DNA from: Hypanus sabinus | Taxonomy: Eukaryota | DNA length: 64,000 bases | NCBI RefSeq assembly: GCF_030144855.1 | Contig: NC_082718.1 | Span: forward strand, 92,566,001 to 92,630,000 | Direction: 5' to 3' | In this document: positions 51,545 to 64,000 of the stretch, in pieces | Position numbering within the stretch: position 1 is the stretch's first letter | Layout of the letters: every line of letters begins with the position of its first letter | Notes under the pieces: generated by a model | Seen by the model: the letters and a program-made list of their open reading frames with translations, nothing else | What the model was told of the DNA's origin: nothing | Databases searched by the model: none | Program-made: the position numbers and the translations under genes

Positions 51545-52553
51545 ATGGCGAACTCGACCCCGGAATGTGCTCCTGGTGAAGATGTTAACTCGTCCTACAA
51601 CCCGCCCGTAATTATCGTCACATTCATCCTCGGGATTGTTGGAAATACGGTTGCTTTGTTGATCTTTTGTGCTCATGTGAAGTCCCGGAAACCGAGTATT
51701 GTGTATTCACTGAATCTGATGATTGCGGACACTCTGTTAATGTGCTGTCTCCCCTTCCGAGCTGATTATTTTCTCCGACAGAAGGACTGGAGTTTTGGTG
51801 AAGGACTGTGTCGACTGAACATATTCATGATTTGCCTGAACCGGATTGGCAGCGTCTTCTTTCCTCATGGTTATTGCGATCGATCGTTACTTTAAGGTGG
51901 TCCATCCACTCCACAAAGTAAACAAGATCACTACAAGGTGTGCGGTGATGATAGCCGGCGGTCTGTGGATTGTAGAGGTGGCTATTTGTTTGCACTTGCT
52001 GATAGACAAACATGATTTCAAACAACACAACGTGAGAAACTGTGAGCCTTTCAGCATTAACAAGGCTCTGAGTCCCACAGCAGTTTGGACTGACTTTATT
52101 TTTATATTCTATCAGTTTCTTTTTCCAGTTTCAGTTATCCTCTTCTCTACGTCCTCCATCATCTGGAGGTTACGGCAGATGGAAACTGGAATGCGGGGTA
52201 AATATAAGCGAACTGTGAAACTTGTGACAGTCGTGGCTGCAGTTTTTGTCATTTGCTTCTTGCCCACCAGTGTTGCTGTGGTCGCGGTTTTGGTCACGAA
52301 ACTAAGAAGACCCTTCGACTGCAAGTCGTATCACACAGCAGTGAATATCTTTTACAATACGCTGTTCATAACGTATCTGAACAGTGTGGTCGATCCCATT
52401 GTTTACTATTTTTCTACTTCGCAGTTTCAACATGCTTTAGAGAAGGCTCTACATGATCTCATTTTAAGCTCTTCCAGATCAGCCACTGAACCCGGAACAT
52501 CCAGGGAGGAGCAGACTGTGGATCAGCAAACGAGCTCTGTAACAGCTTTCTGA
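51545..52553 (+). pseudogene. HCAR-like GPCR copy A6 with a single +1 frameshift
   Basis: C insertion at 51859, identical to the psi lesion. The downstream frame (51846-52553) is open to the normal stop and lacks the +7 insertion. Confidence 0.85.
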
Positions 52554-53163
52554 TCGCTCCGGGTCCGCGTGAACTAGATGCCCTCAAAGCAAAGCTGATT
52601 CATGCGCCCGAAAGCAGAAAATGATCAAATGCTAATATTTTTCTGGAGGGTAAGTTGATCTGAACGAACAAGTTCCGTAATACACTTCCCTTTCTGTAAA
52701 GGAGAGATTGCATCTCATCTACAAATCTACGTTTATTTCAGAGCTTGTTCGTTAAGAAATTCTGCCTTTCTTTAAAGCAGTTACCCCAATTTTTTTATGC
52801 CTTGGGGCGTTACAATTATCTGAGGGGTCGGTGGACCACAGGTTGGAAATCCTGGTTTTAATGGAAGGGTTGTATGTTATGTATGGGTATTTAGGATTTC
52901 CTCTTTCCATAGAAGCAACCGCTTCCTCAGATGAATTCAACCTGCGTGTCTCCATTGTAGCTAGCTTCTACCCGTTATAGTGGGCCAATCTCAGGTTGAC
53001 TGACTGCCCATCAGTATCTGCAGTAATCTATTCATCCAAGAACAACCCTACCTATGGACCTTCAGTCAGAAGGAAAGTGATGTTAGGAGTTGCTGGGATG
53101 GTGCCAAACTGCATGCACCCAGAGGGTGGCTAATCTGTGGAATTCTTTGCCACGGATGACTGT

Positions 53164-56100
53164 AGAGGGCGTCAGCCGAATTACGTCCTCGATCAGTTGT
53201 ATTTTCTTTGCATTACTACACGACTAAAGAAGCTATTCTTCGAGGAGCCAGAGAGGAACGGAAATTACTCTTTAATTAAACACACATTCGTATAGTTGAA
53301 GATTATCTCCCCCCCCCCCCGAAATCTTTGCCGAAAGAAAGAAATATTGAGAAGTTATGAGTGAAATGTGTAAATTAGATTTAAATCCCTCCCTTCGCTT
53401 TCCAGCAAAGCTGATAATTTTCCGTGAAAAATCTCAACCATTGAGAATCTACTCTCCTCACAAGGGATGAGAGTATATTAAAAAGTTTAAAGTTAAGCAT
53501 ACTGAATAAAATATTAAAGATATATCGATTATTCAATAGCCAATTTTGAAGTATCTGTTATATGAGTTGTTTATGGGGCTTTTGAGTTAAGTACATGTTA
53601 TACCTTTTCACTCTCTGGTAGTCTCTCTGGTGGTAGATGTAATTCTGTTTTTTACCTTAATTAATACATATATAACTGTTTTGTAGGGAACGTTTATAGT
53701 ATTGTACTTTAGTGGTCCGTGTAGGAGCTGTTGTGTATTAATCTTTGTATTTTTTTATTTGTTTCAATACGTATAGTTTTAGGTCTGTTATGTACATATA
53801 TTCATTTATTTTTCTTTTTCGAGAGAAAGAATATACTTTGTAACAATATTTACTCGGATTTATTCTTTCTTTTGAATATGTGTTTAAGCTACTTTAGCTG
53901 ATTCTAAGATGGCCGTGGTTGATTATGTTTTTATTAATGTTAGACACAACATTATAGTAGTTGAATTCTGTTTGTGCCTTTTATTATAGCTATTTTCCGT
54001 GGGATTTCTGTTTTTTTTATATATGGAGCTGCAAGTTGGAGAACAGGGTCAAAGGTGATTAGTTAGCATGTGACCAGCCTATTGGCTTCTTCCTTTCTAT
54101 CTATTGGACGGGGGGAGGGGGCAGGGGTCTATTACAGTCGGTGTTTTTTTCTTGATTGGGCAGTTCTTTTGATGGATTTCTCTATCGTAAATGTGTCACC
54201 CCTTCCGTTTGTACCCGCGACTTTGGTTTAATCTGTACTTAAGTAACATTTCTTTTATATAATATTAAACTCAATTTTAAACATGGATGTTAATAAAATT
54301 AATATAATATCTTGGAATTGGAACAGTGTCAATCATCCCATTAAGCTTAAAAAGATTTTTAAGAAATTAAACACACAATGCTGATACTATTTTTGCGCAA
54401 GAAAATCATATACGAAAACAGGATGGGGATAGATTTTTTCGCTTTTGGAAAGGTTCTCTTTTTCCCTCACTGTCGGATAGTAAAACAAGAGGCGTTTCTA
54501 TATTACTTAGTCTCAAAACCCTTTTTGTACACCTTAATACTACTACTGATTTGATTGGAAGATATTTAATTGTTACTGGTTTATTATGCGAGTAAAAGGT
54601 AACTCTGGTGAGTGTATACGCACCTAATGTAGATAATTCTGATTTTTTAACGAAACTTTTTTCAGTGTTCCCGAATCTCAATGAATATAAACTGATCATG
54701 GGTGGTGACTTTAACTGTTGCTTAAATCCTGCGATTGACAGGTCATCAACCAATCCGTCGCGTCCTAATAAGGCGGCAGCTTATATTAACTCTTTTTTAT
54801 TAGAATATGGCCTTGTCGATATTTGGAGATATAAACACCCGAATGAAAAAGCTTTCTCCTTCTTTTCACACGTCCATCACAAATATTCTCGAACTGATTA
54901 CTTTTTTTTAGATACACGTCTGTTGTACTCCGTTGCTGAATGTGCGTATGACAGCATTGCGCTTTCAGATCACGCGCCTTTAAAGTTAACCTTTAAGCTC
55001 CCGGATAGAGTTTTGAAAATCTCACAGTGGAGACTGAAGTCCGTTTTGTTACGGGATCCAGCATTTGTTAATTTTATTAAGGAGCAAATTTCTATATTGT
55101 TTGAATTTAATACAACGGAAGGAATGTCAAATCTGCTTATATGGGACACCTTGAAATCTTTTTGAGGGGACAGATAATCTCATATTCAGCAGCCTTGAGA
55201 AAGAAAACGAAAGCGGAATTGTCAGTGCTTATTAATAAAATTAAACAGATAGATAAAGCGTATTCAGTTAAACCTACTGAAGACCTATATAAAGAAAGGG
55301 TCGAACTTCAATCACAGTATGATTTAGTTCTGACCGTTCCCATTGAACAGCAAATTTTTAAATCTAAAAGTTTATTTTATATACATGGGGAAAAATCTGC
55401 TAAACTTTTAGCGGGTCAGTTAAAGGCTGGGATGATCAGAAGACAGATTTTAAAAATTCGCCGACCAGATAGAAAAGAATCTTTAGATCCTTATGAAATT
55501 AATAAGATATTTATGGACTTTTATTCTAATGTTTATAAATCTGAATTCTCTGATATTAATATTACTATGAATAGATTTTTGCAAAGGTTAAACATACCTC
55601 AAATTTTGATTCCAGATGCTGATATGTTAGATGCACCTATTAAATAAGAGGAGATAGCCAAGGCTATATCCTCTATGCAATTAGGTAAAGCTCCGGGATC
55701 TGATGGTTATACGGTAGAATTTTATAAGATCTTTCACGAAACGCTTATAACGCATCTTCATCAAACGTTCACTGATTCGACATCTTCCGGGAACCTTCCT
55801 AAAACTTTTTATGAAGCACTAATTTCATTGATTCCATAAAAAGGGAAAGACCCACTGGAATGAGTATCCAATAGACATAGTTCTTTACCGAATGTAGATT
55901 TTAAAATCCTCTGTAAGATTCTAGCAAATGGTCTTGAGAGTATCTTGCCTAATGTTATCTCAAACGATCAAACAGGATTTATTAAAAATAGGTAATCACA
56001 TTTTAATATTCGAATATTATTAAATATCATTTATTCCCCTTCAACCAAAGAATCTGAATGTGTTGTATCTTTGGAGGCAGAGAAAGCCTTTGATAGGGTG

Positions 56101-58467
56101 GAGTGGCCTTATCTATTTCAGGTTTTGAAGAGGTTCCATTTTGGTCCAGGATTTATCTCCTGGATTAAATTGATTTATCATGCCCCGGTAGCTGTGGTTC
56201 TCACTAATAACCAAAAGTATCCTTGCTTTAGATTATATAGAGGTACCCGTCAGGGCAGTCCCCTTAGCCCTCTATTATTTAATTTGGCTTTCGAACCACT
56301 TGCTATTGCTCTTAGGGATTCTAATTCTGTGCAGGGTATTAGGAGAGGGGGTAAATTTCATAAAGTTTCCTTATGCGCAGATGATTTATTAGTTGACATT
56401 TCAAATCCTAAGAAATCTATTCCTTCTATGTTATCTATATTTATGGAATTTTGTACTTTTTCTGGATATAAACTTAATTTACATAATAATGAATTATTTC
56501 CTATTAATAATTATTTTGATCAAATACCTTTTAATATTGCCAAAAGCCATTTTACTGACCTTGGTATCAAAATTACAAAAAAGTTTAAAGACCTGTATAG
56601 GTATAATTTCTTCCTTTTAGTTGAATATACTCAACAGTCGCTTTCCAAATGGTCACCTATGTCAATGTCATTGATAGGTCGAATAAATGGTATAAAATGT
56701 TTATTCTACCGAAATTTTAATATATATTTCAAGCAGTTTCCTCTTTTGTTCCAAAAACATTGTTTGATAAAAGAGACTCTCTGATTTTGTCTTATGTTTG
56801 GAAGAATAAAAGCTCTAGAGTGAATAAACTTTAATTGCAAAAATCAAAAAAAGATGGGAGAGCTGGCTTTACCAAACTTTAGATTTTATTATTGGGGAAT
56901 TAATATTCGCTATATTACATTTTGGATTTATGGTATAGGCGATCAAGATCACCCTTCATGGTTACAGCTGGAGGAAAATTCAGTACTGGGGTTTTCGTTA
57001 GCTTCTTTATCAGGAGCTCATCTTCCCTTTTTGTTCTCCAGAATAGGTAAACAAGCTCTTAACCCTATTGTTAAACATACTTTAAAAATCTGGTTTCAAT
57101 TTCGTAGATTTTTTGAATTAAATGATTTTTTACTTTCTAGTAATATTTATTTGAAATTTCTTTTTTAAACCAACTTTGGATAAGGCTTTTCTAACATGGA
57201 AAATTAAGGGAATAAAAACGTTTTTAGATTTGTTTTTGCAAGACTGTTTAATGTCTTTTTCACAGTTAATGGATAAATATGATATCTCGAATACACATTT
57301 TTTCAGGTATTTACAGGTTGGAAATTTCTTACGTGATTTTTTACCAAATTACCCCTTGATCTGCTCTTCAAATTTGGCTCATGTTATTAATAGCTATCAT
57401 TTATAAACAGTTAATGAATGCTCGCACATCACCTAATGATAGGATTCAACGTCCCCTGGGAAGTAGAACTTCAGCATTCACTCTCAGATAAGCAATGGAG
57501 TAAAATTTATTATTTAGTTAATAATTCATCTCTCTGCGTACACCATATTTTAATTCAGTTTAAGATAGTACATAGATGTCCAAAGATAAATTGGCGCATA
57601 TTTTTCCTAATATATGCCCTGTTTGTGATAGATGTAATGCAGAAGCGGCTACTCTAACCCATTTGTTTTCATCATGTGTAAGTTTAAATAATTTTTGTAG
57701 AGATGTGTTTGGAATATTATCTAAAGTTATAGATATGGATGTTCAACCTAATCCACACAGCAATTTTTGGGATTTCCCAGAGGAAGCAAGCAAAGTGTCT
57801 GCCTCCGCCAAACATGTGATAGCTTTTTCAACTTTACTGGGTAGGAGAGCTATGTTGCTACACTGGAAAGAATCTAACTCACCCACTGTTAGCTATTGGC
57901 TGTCCTCCATCATGTCATGTTTAAGCTTGGAGAAAATTAGAAGCCGGACATTTGATACATCTTTTGATTTTGAACAAGTCTGACAACCCTTTATTCATTA
58001 TTTTCACATGATTTAATTTATCTTTATCTATCTATCTATTTGTTTATTTATTTAATCTTTATTCTCTTTGGAGAATATCCTTGTCCATGAAGGTTCGGAA
58101 GGATGAGTTTTTTTCTCTCTGTCTCTTTCTTTTTAAAGTGTATCCTCATTTGGACTGCCCAATCTTTCTTTTTCTTTCTTTTTCTCTTTTTTGATTTAGT
58201 TTAGTTAGTGGGGTTTTTCTTTCTCTATCAATAAAATTACGGATCTTTTTTTTACGATTGCCATGAGGAGTTGTAATATCTCTCTGCCCTTTGTATATAT
58301 AACAGCATAATATATTACCTATTTGTGTTTGATATTATATGCTTTTTGTCTTTAATATTGCTGTTTATATGTCTTTTATATTATCTACTTGTTTAACTCC
58401 TCTTTCGATTTGTATTTGTATATTCATTATTTGAAAATCAATATAAAAGATTGAAAAATGAAATGAA
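53164..58467 (+). mobile_element. Segmentally duplicated copy of the same L1
   Basis: Same lesions as 20795-26079. TSD ATGACTGT at 53156-53163 and 58468-58475. Confidence 0.9.
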
Positions 58468-59534
58468 ATGACTGTGGCGGTGAAATGATTGGGTATATTT
58501 AAAGTGGAGGTTGATGAGTTCTTGATTAATCAGGGCATCAGAGGTATGGGGATGAGACAGGAGAACAGGATCGTGAAGAATAAAAAATCAATCATGATGG
58601 AATGATGGAGCAGAATCGATGGGCTGAATGGCCCAATTCTGCTCCTATGTCTTATGGGTGGCAATGAAGGTGCCAGAGTGCTGTAAGAGCCTGTCTGCTA
58701 TACTAATGTTAAAATAATTTTTCTAACCTGGTAGGCTCCATCTAGGAATGTCAACCAACCGCAATTTACTTGCTCGAATTCTTTGGAAATGACTGTTGTG
58801 GATCACTGTTTGCAGCTAAGAACTCCAACACAAGATGGCAGTGTTGAAAAGAATGAACACCGAACCTCCTTTGTGAAAAATGTCTTTACAAACAAGGGCG
58901 TGTGGGATACTGGGATAGCAGGTGCTTGCCACATCCTGCTCCCAACCCTCCCCACGCACCCACAGAACCCAATTAAAATATTTCCAGCGTTCTTTTTTCA
59001 CATTATTTCACACAGGCCTGCCGGAGCTTCAGTACGTCTATGCATACGTGCACGATTGCACACATGCAGATAGTTGAATTGGGGAGGCTAGAATGTGGAA
59101 GAACGTTGTGATGCACGGTCGTGTGTGCTCAGATATATGCTTGTGATTTAACTGCATGCTTGCTCGTATGTAGAGGTACGCTAGTTATTGAGAACTATGA
59201 GTAGGGCAGCTGTGCAGCAGTGAATGATTTTAATATGCACTGAACTGCCTCACCACATTATAAACATCACGATGGAGTGTGGCCTGAGAGACTTTTGCTG
59301 CCTCTCCTCCCAGAAGCATGGGGAATCGTGTCCAGGCTGCATGAAGGAGAGCCGAACTGACTTTTAACTTCCATTCTGCAGATATTTGTGGTAATACGAA
59401 ATCTACTCTAGGAATGTGTTTATCTCTCTGTACTCTGTGAGTAATATGCACAGAACTGCAATTAAATATATTTAGATGGATTTGAATAATAGTTTGCTCA
59501 TTTCACTGAGGGCATCTGCAGGACCAATTTACCA

Positions 59535-60672
59535 GTACCCTGAGACCTCATCCTTAATGATCAACTCTGACATCTTCCCAACACTGAGGTGAGATGAACT
59601 GGCCTACAGTTTCCTTTTCCTTTCTCTCTCCTTTTTTGAAGAGTGTGGTGACTTTGGCAATTTTCCCATCTTCCGGAACCATTCCAGAATCCAGTGATTC
59701 TTGAAAGATCATGCCTGATGTCTCCACAATCTCTTCAGAACTCTGGAGTGCACACTATCTGGTAGAGGTAACTTATCTACCTTCAGACCTTCCAGCTTTC
59801 CAAGAGTCTTCTCTCTAGTCATGGCAGCTTCTCACACTTCACAAACCCTGTCACTGGAGCCGCCACCTTCCTGCTAGTGTCTTCCACAGTGAAAATGGAT
59901 GCCAAATGATTGCTCTGTTTCTTTGCTATTTCATAGCCTCCCATTACTACCAGTCCAGCGTGATTTTGCAATGGTCCAATATCCTCTCTCACCTCTCTTT
60001 TACACTTCATGTATCTGACGAAACTGATGGTATTAAACTCTTTAATATAATTGCTAAGCTTACTTCTGTATTGCATCCTGACCTTCCTAGTGATATTATT
60101 ATTGCCTTCTGTTGCTTTTTGAAAGCTCCCCAATCCTCTAACTTCCCACTAATTTTCACTCTATTGTATGCTGTCTCTTTGGCTTTTATGTTGGCTTTGA
60201 CTTCTCTAGTTAGCCATGGTTTGTTATCTTTCCTTTAAAGTGCTTCATCCTCTCTGGGATGTATATATCCTCAGTTTTCTGAATAGGTTTCAGAAATTCC
60301 AGCCATTGCTGCTCTACTGTCTGCCCTGCCAGTGTTCTTTTCCAATCAATTCTGGCCAACTCCTCTCCATTTTTCTGTAATTCCCTTTACTCCACTGTAA
60401 TGCTGATACATCTGACTTTAGCATCTCCTTCTCAGATTTCAGGGTGCAATCAATCAAATTATGATCACTTTCCCCTGAGGTTTCTTTTACCTTAGGTCTC
60501 TAGTCAATTCTGCTTTATCGCACAACACCCAATCCAGAATAGCTGGCCTTCTAGTGGGCTCAACCAGCAGCTGCTCTAGAAAGCCCTCTCATAGGCACTC
60601 TGGAAATCCCCCTCTCCAGTAATCCAGCACCAACTTGATTTTCCCAATCTACCTGCTTATTGAATTCCCCCA
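59535..60672 (-). mobile_element. CR1 ORF2 fragment (paralog)
   Basis: ORF 59819-60133(-). Confidence 0.8.
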
Positions 60673-62106
60673 AGACTGTTGTAATATTGCCTTTCTGCAT
60701 GTCTTGCATTGAATCTTATGCTTTCTGGGAGCAAAGTTAACAAACTTTGAATATAACTTATCAATTCTTTGAATTTTGCTGTACGCAGAACGTCAGATAT
60801 GAATATTCTGAGTAAGTTTATTTGTCTGTGAAATGTTGTGACTGTGTTACTGTTATGCTTTGGACAATGGAGAAATCAGCCCAGGAATGGGTCTCCAGTG
60901 AGGCTGTCTATTCTGCTCATAGCCCACCAGTAAATTGTACCACAATCATACTCAGTCTAATCAGAAAAACAACTTTTTGTAGGTATTATAGTTTCATCTA
61001 AAATCATGGGAACTATTGTGCAAATGCAAATATAAATGAATAGCAATAAATGAGGTGAAAATGAAGTAACAATGAACAAGTAAATTTATGTGTTCATAAA
61101 GTGTGATGATTGGTTGTGGGAACAGCTGAAACAGAATGAGTGTTGTTTTTGTTCCAGAGCTTGATGGTTGGGGGTAGCAACTGTTGTTGAACTTGAAGAA
61201 ACTCAGTGCAATTGTTGTTTGAACCAAACATTAGAGATGGGAGGAAATGTGATCTAAATGACTTTGGCCATAGAATGATTGTTGGTTCCAGATGGGGTGG
61301 ACTGAATATATCAGGAAGTGCTGATCTTTGGGACTTTCACTCACAACAGTATAGAGAGTGGACCAAAAAACAAACAAAAAAAAAAAACATCCAGTGAGAA
61401 GCAGTTCTGTTGGTGAAAACGTTTTGTTAATGAGAGGTCAGAGGCGAATGGCCAGATGGGTTCTTGCTGACAGGAACTCCAATAACCATGTGTTGCAACA
61501 GCGTGGTGCAAATGAGCATCTCTGAATGCTGAGCCTTGAAATAGATTGGCTACAGCTGCAGAGCACTACGAACATACAGTCGGTCGCCTCTTTATTAGGT
61601 CGAGGGTTTACCTAATAAAGGGGCCACTGAGTGTATTGTAACCTGTGATCAAATCCTCAACGTGTGTGCAGCAGCTGTTTCTAGGCTATTATTCGTGAGT
61701 GGGAACGTGAATGATGCCAACGTTCATTCTGGATCTGGCAGCTAACAGGGCACCTGAAATCGGGGCCTTACTGAGAACGGAAGGGCACACTTCCACTCTG
61801 ACCATTTGAGATTGCTTTTAGTTTAACACCACATACCCTGGAAGGGAAGGGAGGGAGTCAGTCTGAGTGAAGAAATGGAATGAGGAATTGCTCCTAATAT
61901 GGTTAAAGAGCTGACGGTGAAAGAAGCTGCGTACTTCATAGTGAGGCTTGCCACAGTTCCATTTGTGTGACAAAGTGCACGTTCAGTGTGGTTTATGGCA
62001 ACTAACAACTTCAAACAAACTCATTCGACGAAGACCAGCTTGTTCAACTTCGAATGAGTTCGCTCCGCTCTGAAACATCTTGACTGTGCGGCCGCTTTTT
62101 TGTACA

Positions 62107-63114
62107 ATGGCGAACTCGACCCCGGAATGTGCTCCTGGTGAAGATGTTAACTCGTCCTACAACCCGCCCGTAATTATCGTCACATTCATCCTCGGGATTG
62201 TTGGAAATACGGTTGCTTTGTGGATCTTTTGTATTCATGTGAAGTCCCGGAAACCGAGTATTGTATATTCACTGAATCTGATGATTGCGGACACTCTGTT
62301 ATTGTGCTGTCTACCCTTCCGAGCTGATTATTTTCTCCGAGGGAAGGAATGGATTTTTGGTGAAGGACTGTGTCGACTGAACGTGTTCATGATTTCCCTG
62401 AACCGGATTGGCAGCGTCTTTTTCCTCATGGTTATTGCGATCGATCGTTACCTTAAGGTGGTTCATCCACTCCACAAAGTAAACAAGATCCCTACAAGGT
62501 GTGCGGTGATGATAGCCGGCGGTCTGTGGATTGTAGCGGTGGCTTTTTGTTTGCACTTGCTGTTCGCCAAACATGACTTCAAACAGCACAACGTGACAAA
62601 CTGTGAGCCTTTCAGTATTAACAAGGGTCTGAGTGCCCCAGCAATTTGGACAGACTTTATTTTTATATTCTTTAAGTTTCTTTTGCCAGTTTCAGTTATC
62701 CTCTTCTCTACGTCCTCCATCATCTGGAGGTTACGGCAGATGGAAGCTGGAATGCGGGGTAAATATAAGCGAACTGTGAAACTTGTGACAGCCGTGGCTG
62801 CAGTTTTTGTCATTTGCTTCTTGCCCACCAGTGTTGCTGTGGTCGCGGTTTTGGTCACTAAGCTAAGAAGTCCCTTCGACTGCAAGTCGTATCACACAGC
62901 AGTGAATATCTTTTACAATACGCTGTTTATAACGTATCTGAACAGTGTGGTCGATCCCATTGTTTACTATTTTTCTACTTCGCAGTTTCAACATGCTTTA
63001 GAGAAGGCTCTACATGATCTTAATTTAAGCTCTTCCAAATCAGCCACTGAACCCGGAACATCCAGGGAGGAGCAGACTGTGGATCAGCAAACGAGCTCTG
63101 TAACAGCTTTCTGA
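62107..63114 (+). CDS. HCAR/OXER1-group GPCR, copy B7, intact, 335 aa
   Basis: Full 7TM ORF, B-type, with private changes (KEW, VAFC, HNVTNC, KGLSAPAIW). Confidence 0.92.
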   Translation: MANSTPECAPGEDVNSSYNPPVIIVTFILGIVGNTVALWIFCIHVKSRKPSIVYSLNLMIADTLLLCCLPFRADYFLRGKEWIFGEGLCRLNVFMISLNRIGSVFFLMVIAIDRYLKVVHPLHKVNKIPTRCAVMIAGGLWIVAVAFCLHLLFAKHDFKQHNVTNCEPFSINKGLSAPAIWTDFIFIFFKFLLPVSVILFSTSSIIWRLRQMEAGMRGKYKRTVKLVTAVAAVFVICFLPTSVAVVAVLVTKLRSPFDCKSYHTAVNIFYNTLFITYLNSVVDPIVYYFSTSQFQHALEKALHDLNLSSSKSATEPGTSREEQTVDQQTSSVTAF

Positions 63115-63924
63115 TCGCTCAGGGTCCGCGTGAACTAGATGCCGTCAAAGCAAAGGTGATTAATGCGCCCGAAATCAGAAATTTATCAAATGGTAATAAT
63201 TTTCTGAAGGGTAAGTTGATCTGAACGAACAAGTTCCGTAATCCACTTCCCTTTCTGTAAAGGAGAGATTGCATCTTATCTACAAAACTAACTTTATTTC
63301 AGAGCTTGTTCGTTAAGAAATTCTTCCTTTCTTTAAAGCAGTTTCCCCAATTTTTTTTATGCCTTGGGGGCCTTACAGTTATCTGAGGGGTCGGTGGACC
63401 ACAGGTTGGAAATCCTGTTTTAAGTGAAAGGGTTCTGTGTTATGTATGGGTATTTAGGATTTCCTCTTTCCATAGAAGCAACTGCTTCCTCAGATGAATT
63501 CAACCTGCGTGTCTCCATTGTAGCTAGCTTCTACCCGTTATAGTGGGCCAATCTCAGGTTGACTGACTGCCCATCAGTATCTGCGGTAATCTATTCATCC
63601 AAGTACAACCCTACCTATGGACTTTCAGTCAGAAGGGAAGTGATGTTAGGAGTTGCTGGGATGGTGCCAAGCTGCATGCACCCATATCGTGATGGTACTG
63701 GAACCGGATTCTAGAAAAAAGCCTATTCTAGTGAACTGGAGACAGGAACCGAAGTGCTGGTTCGAAATTAGAGAATTTATTTTCAGTAGATAAAATTGAA
63801 ATCTGGAATGAAGAAGGGATGTCAGTCTTGAAGAAGGATTATCAGGATTTGCAACAGAGATGACTATGAACTTCTTTAACTAGAGGGTGGCGAATCTGTG
63901 GAATTCTTTGCCACGGATGACTGC

Positions 63925-64000
63925 AGAGGGCGTCAGCCGAATTACGTCCTCGAGCGGTTGTACTTTGTTACACGACTAAAGAAGCTATTCTTCGAGGAGC
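63925..64000 (+). mobile_element. Start of the L1 downstream of B7 (cut by the window edge)
   Basis: Same junction as 31534. Confidence 0.8.

Larger units (their letters stand above)
34860..52953 (-). repeat. Right arm of the inverted segmental duplication
   Basis: Reverse complement of 1-18070 with scattered SNPs and small indels. Confidence 0.95.
50440..64000 (+). repeat. Direct segmental duplication, copy 2 (runs off the window)
   Basis: Same order as 18072-31618: A gene, L1, spacer, B gene, start of L1. Confidence 0.95.

Noticed and set aside
1-64000. CRISPR arrays, tRNA/rRNA genes, prokaryotic or viral systems
   Set aside because: No regularly spaced short repeats or structural RNA signatures were seen. 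The content is vertebrate genes and transposon debris.

Overview
Vertebrate genomic DNA, probably from a cartilaginous fish or ray (inferred from the mix of CR1, L1 and Tc1 repeats, not certain). The window is a young, rearranged cluster of seven near-identical class A GPCR genes of the hydroxycarboxylic-acid/oxoeicosanoid receptor group (HCAR/OXER1/GPR31), each with its coding sequence in one exon. Four are intact 335-aa genes: A1 401-1408(-), A3 19177-20184, B4 29717-30724 and B7 62107-63114. One copy has a single +1 frameshift (A6 51545-52553) and two are doubly frameshifted pseudogenes (psi2 12995-14010, psi5 38933-39948(-)). The repeat structure is nested: a ~10.5-kb gene+L1 monomer, a ~32.4-kb higher-order unit (A, B, inverted psi), and an ~18-kb-arm palindrome (1-18070 vs 34860-52953). 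Four observations stand out. (i) The psi unit is a 12.2-kb, circularly permuted, almost complete repeat unit inserted in reverse into the middle of an L1, the pattern expected from reintegration of a DNA circle. (ii) The psi copies have 6.1 kb of extra sequence ending in a splice acceptor between the upstream region and the coding exon; the five compact copies lack it and carry a uORF. (iii) A 44-bp crossover at 18029-18072 creates a fold-back inverted duplication. (iv) Patchwork gene conversion appears to have moved a frameshift between copies. Identities were judged by eye and no searches were run.
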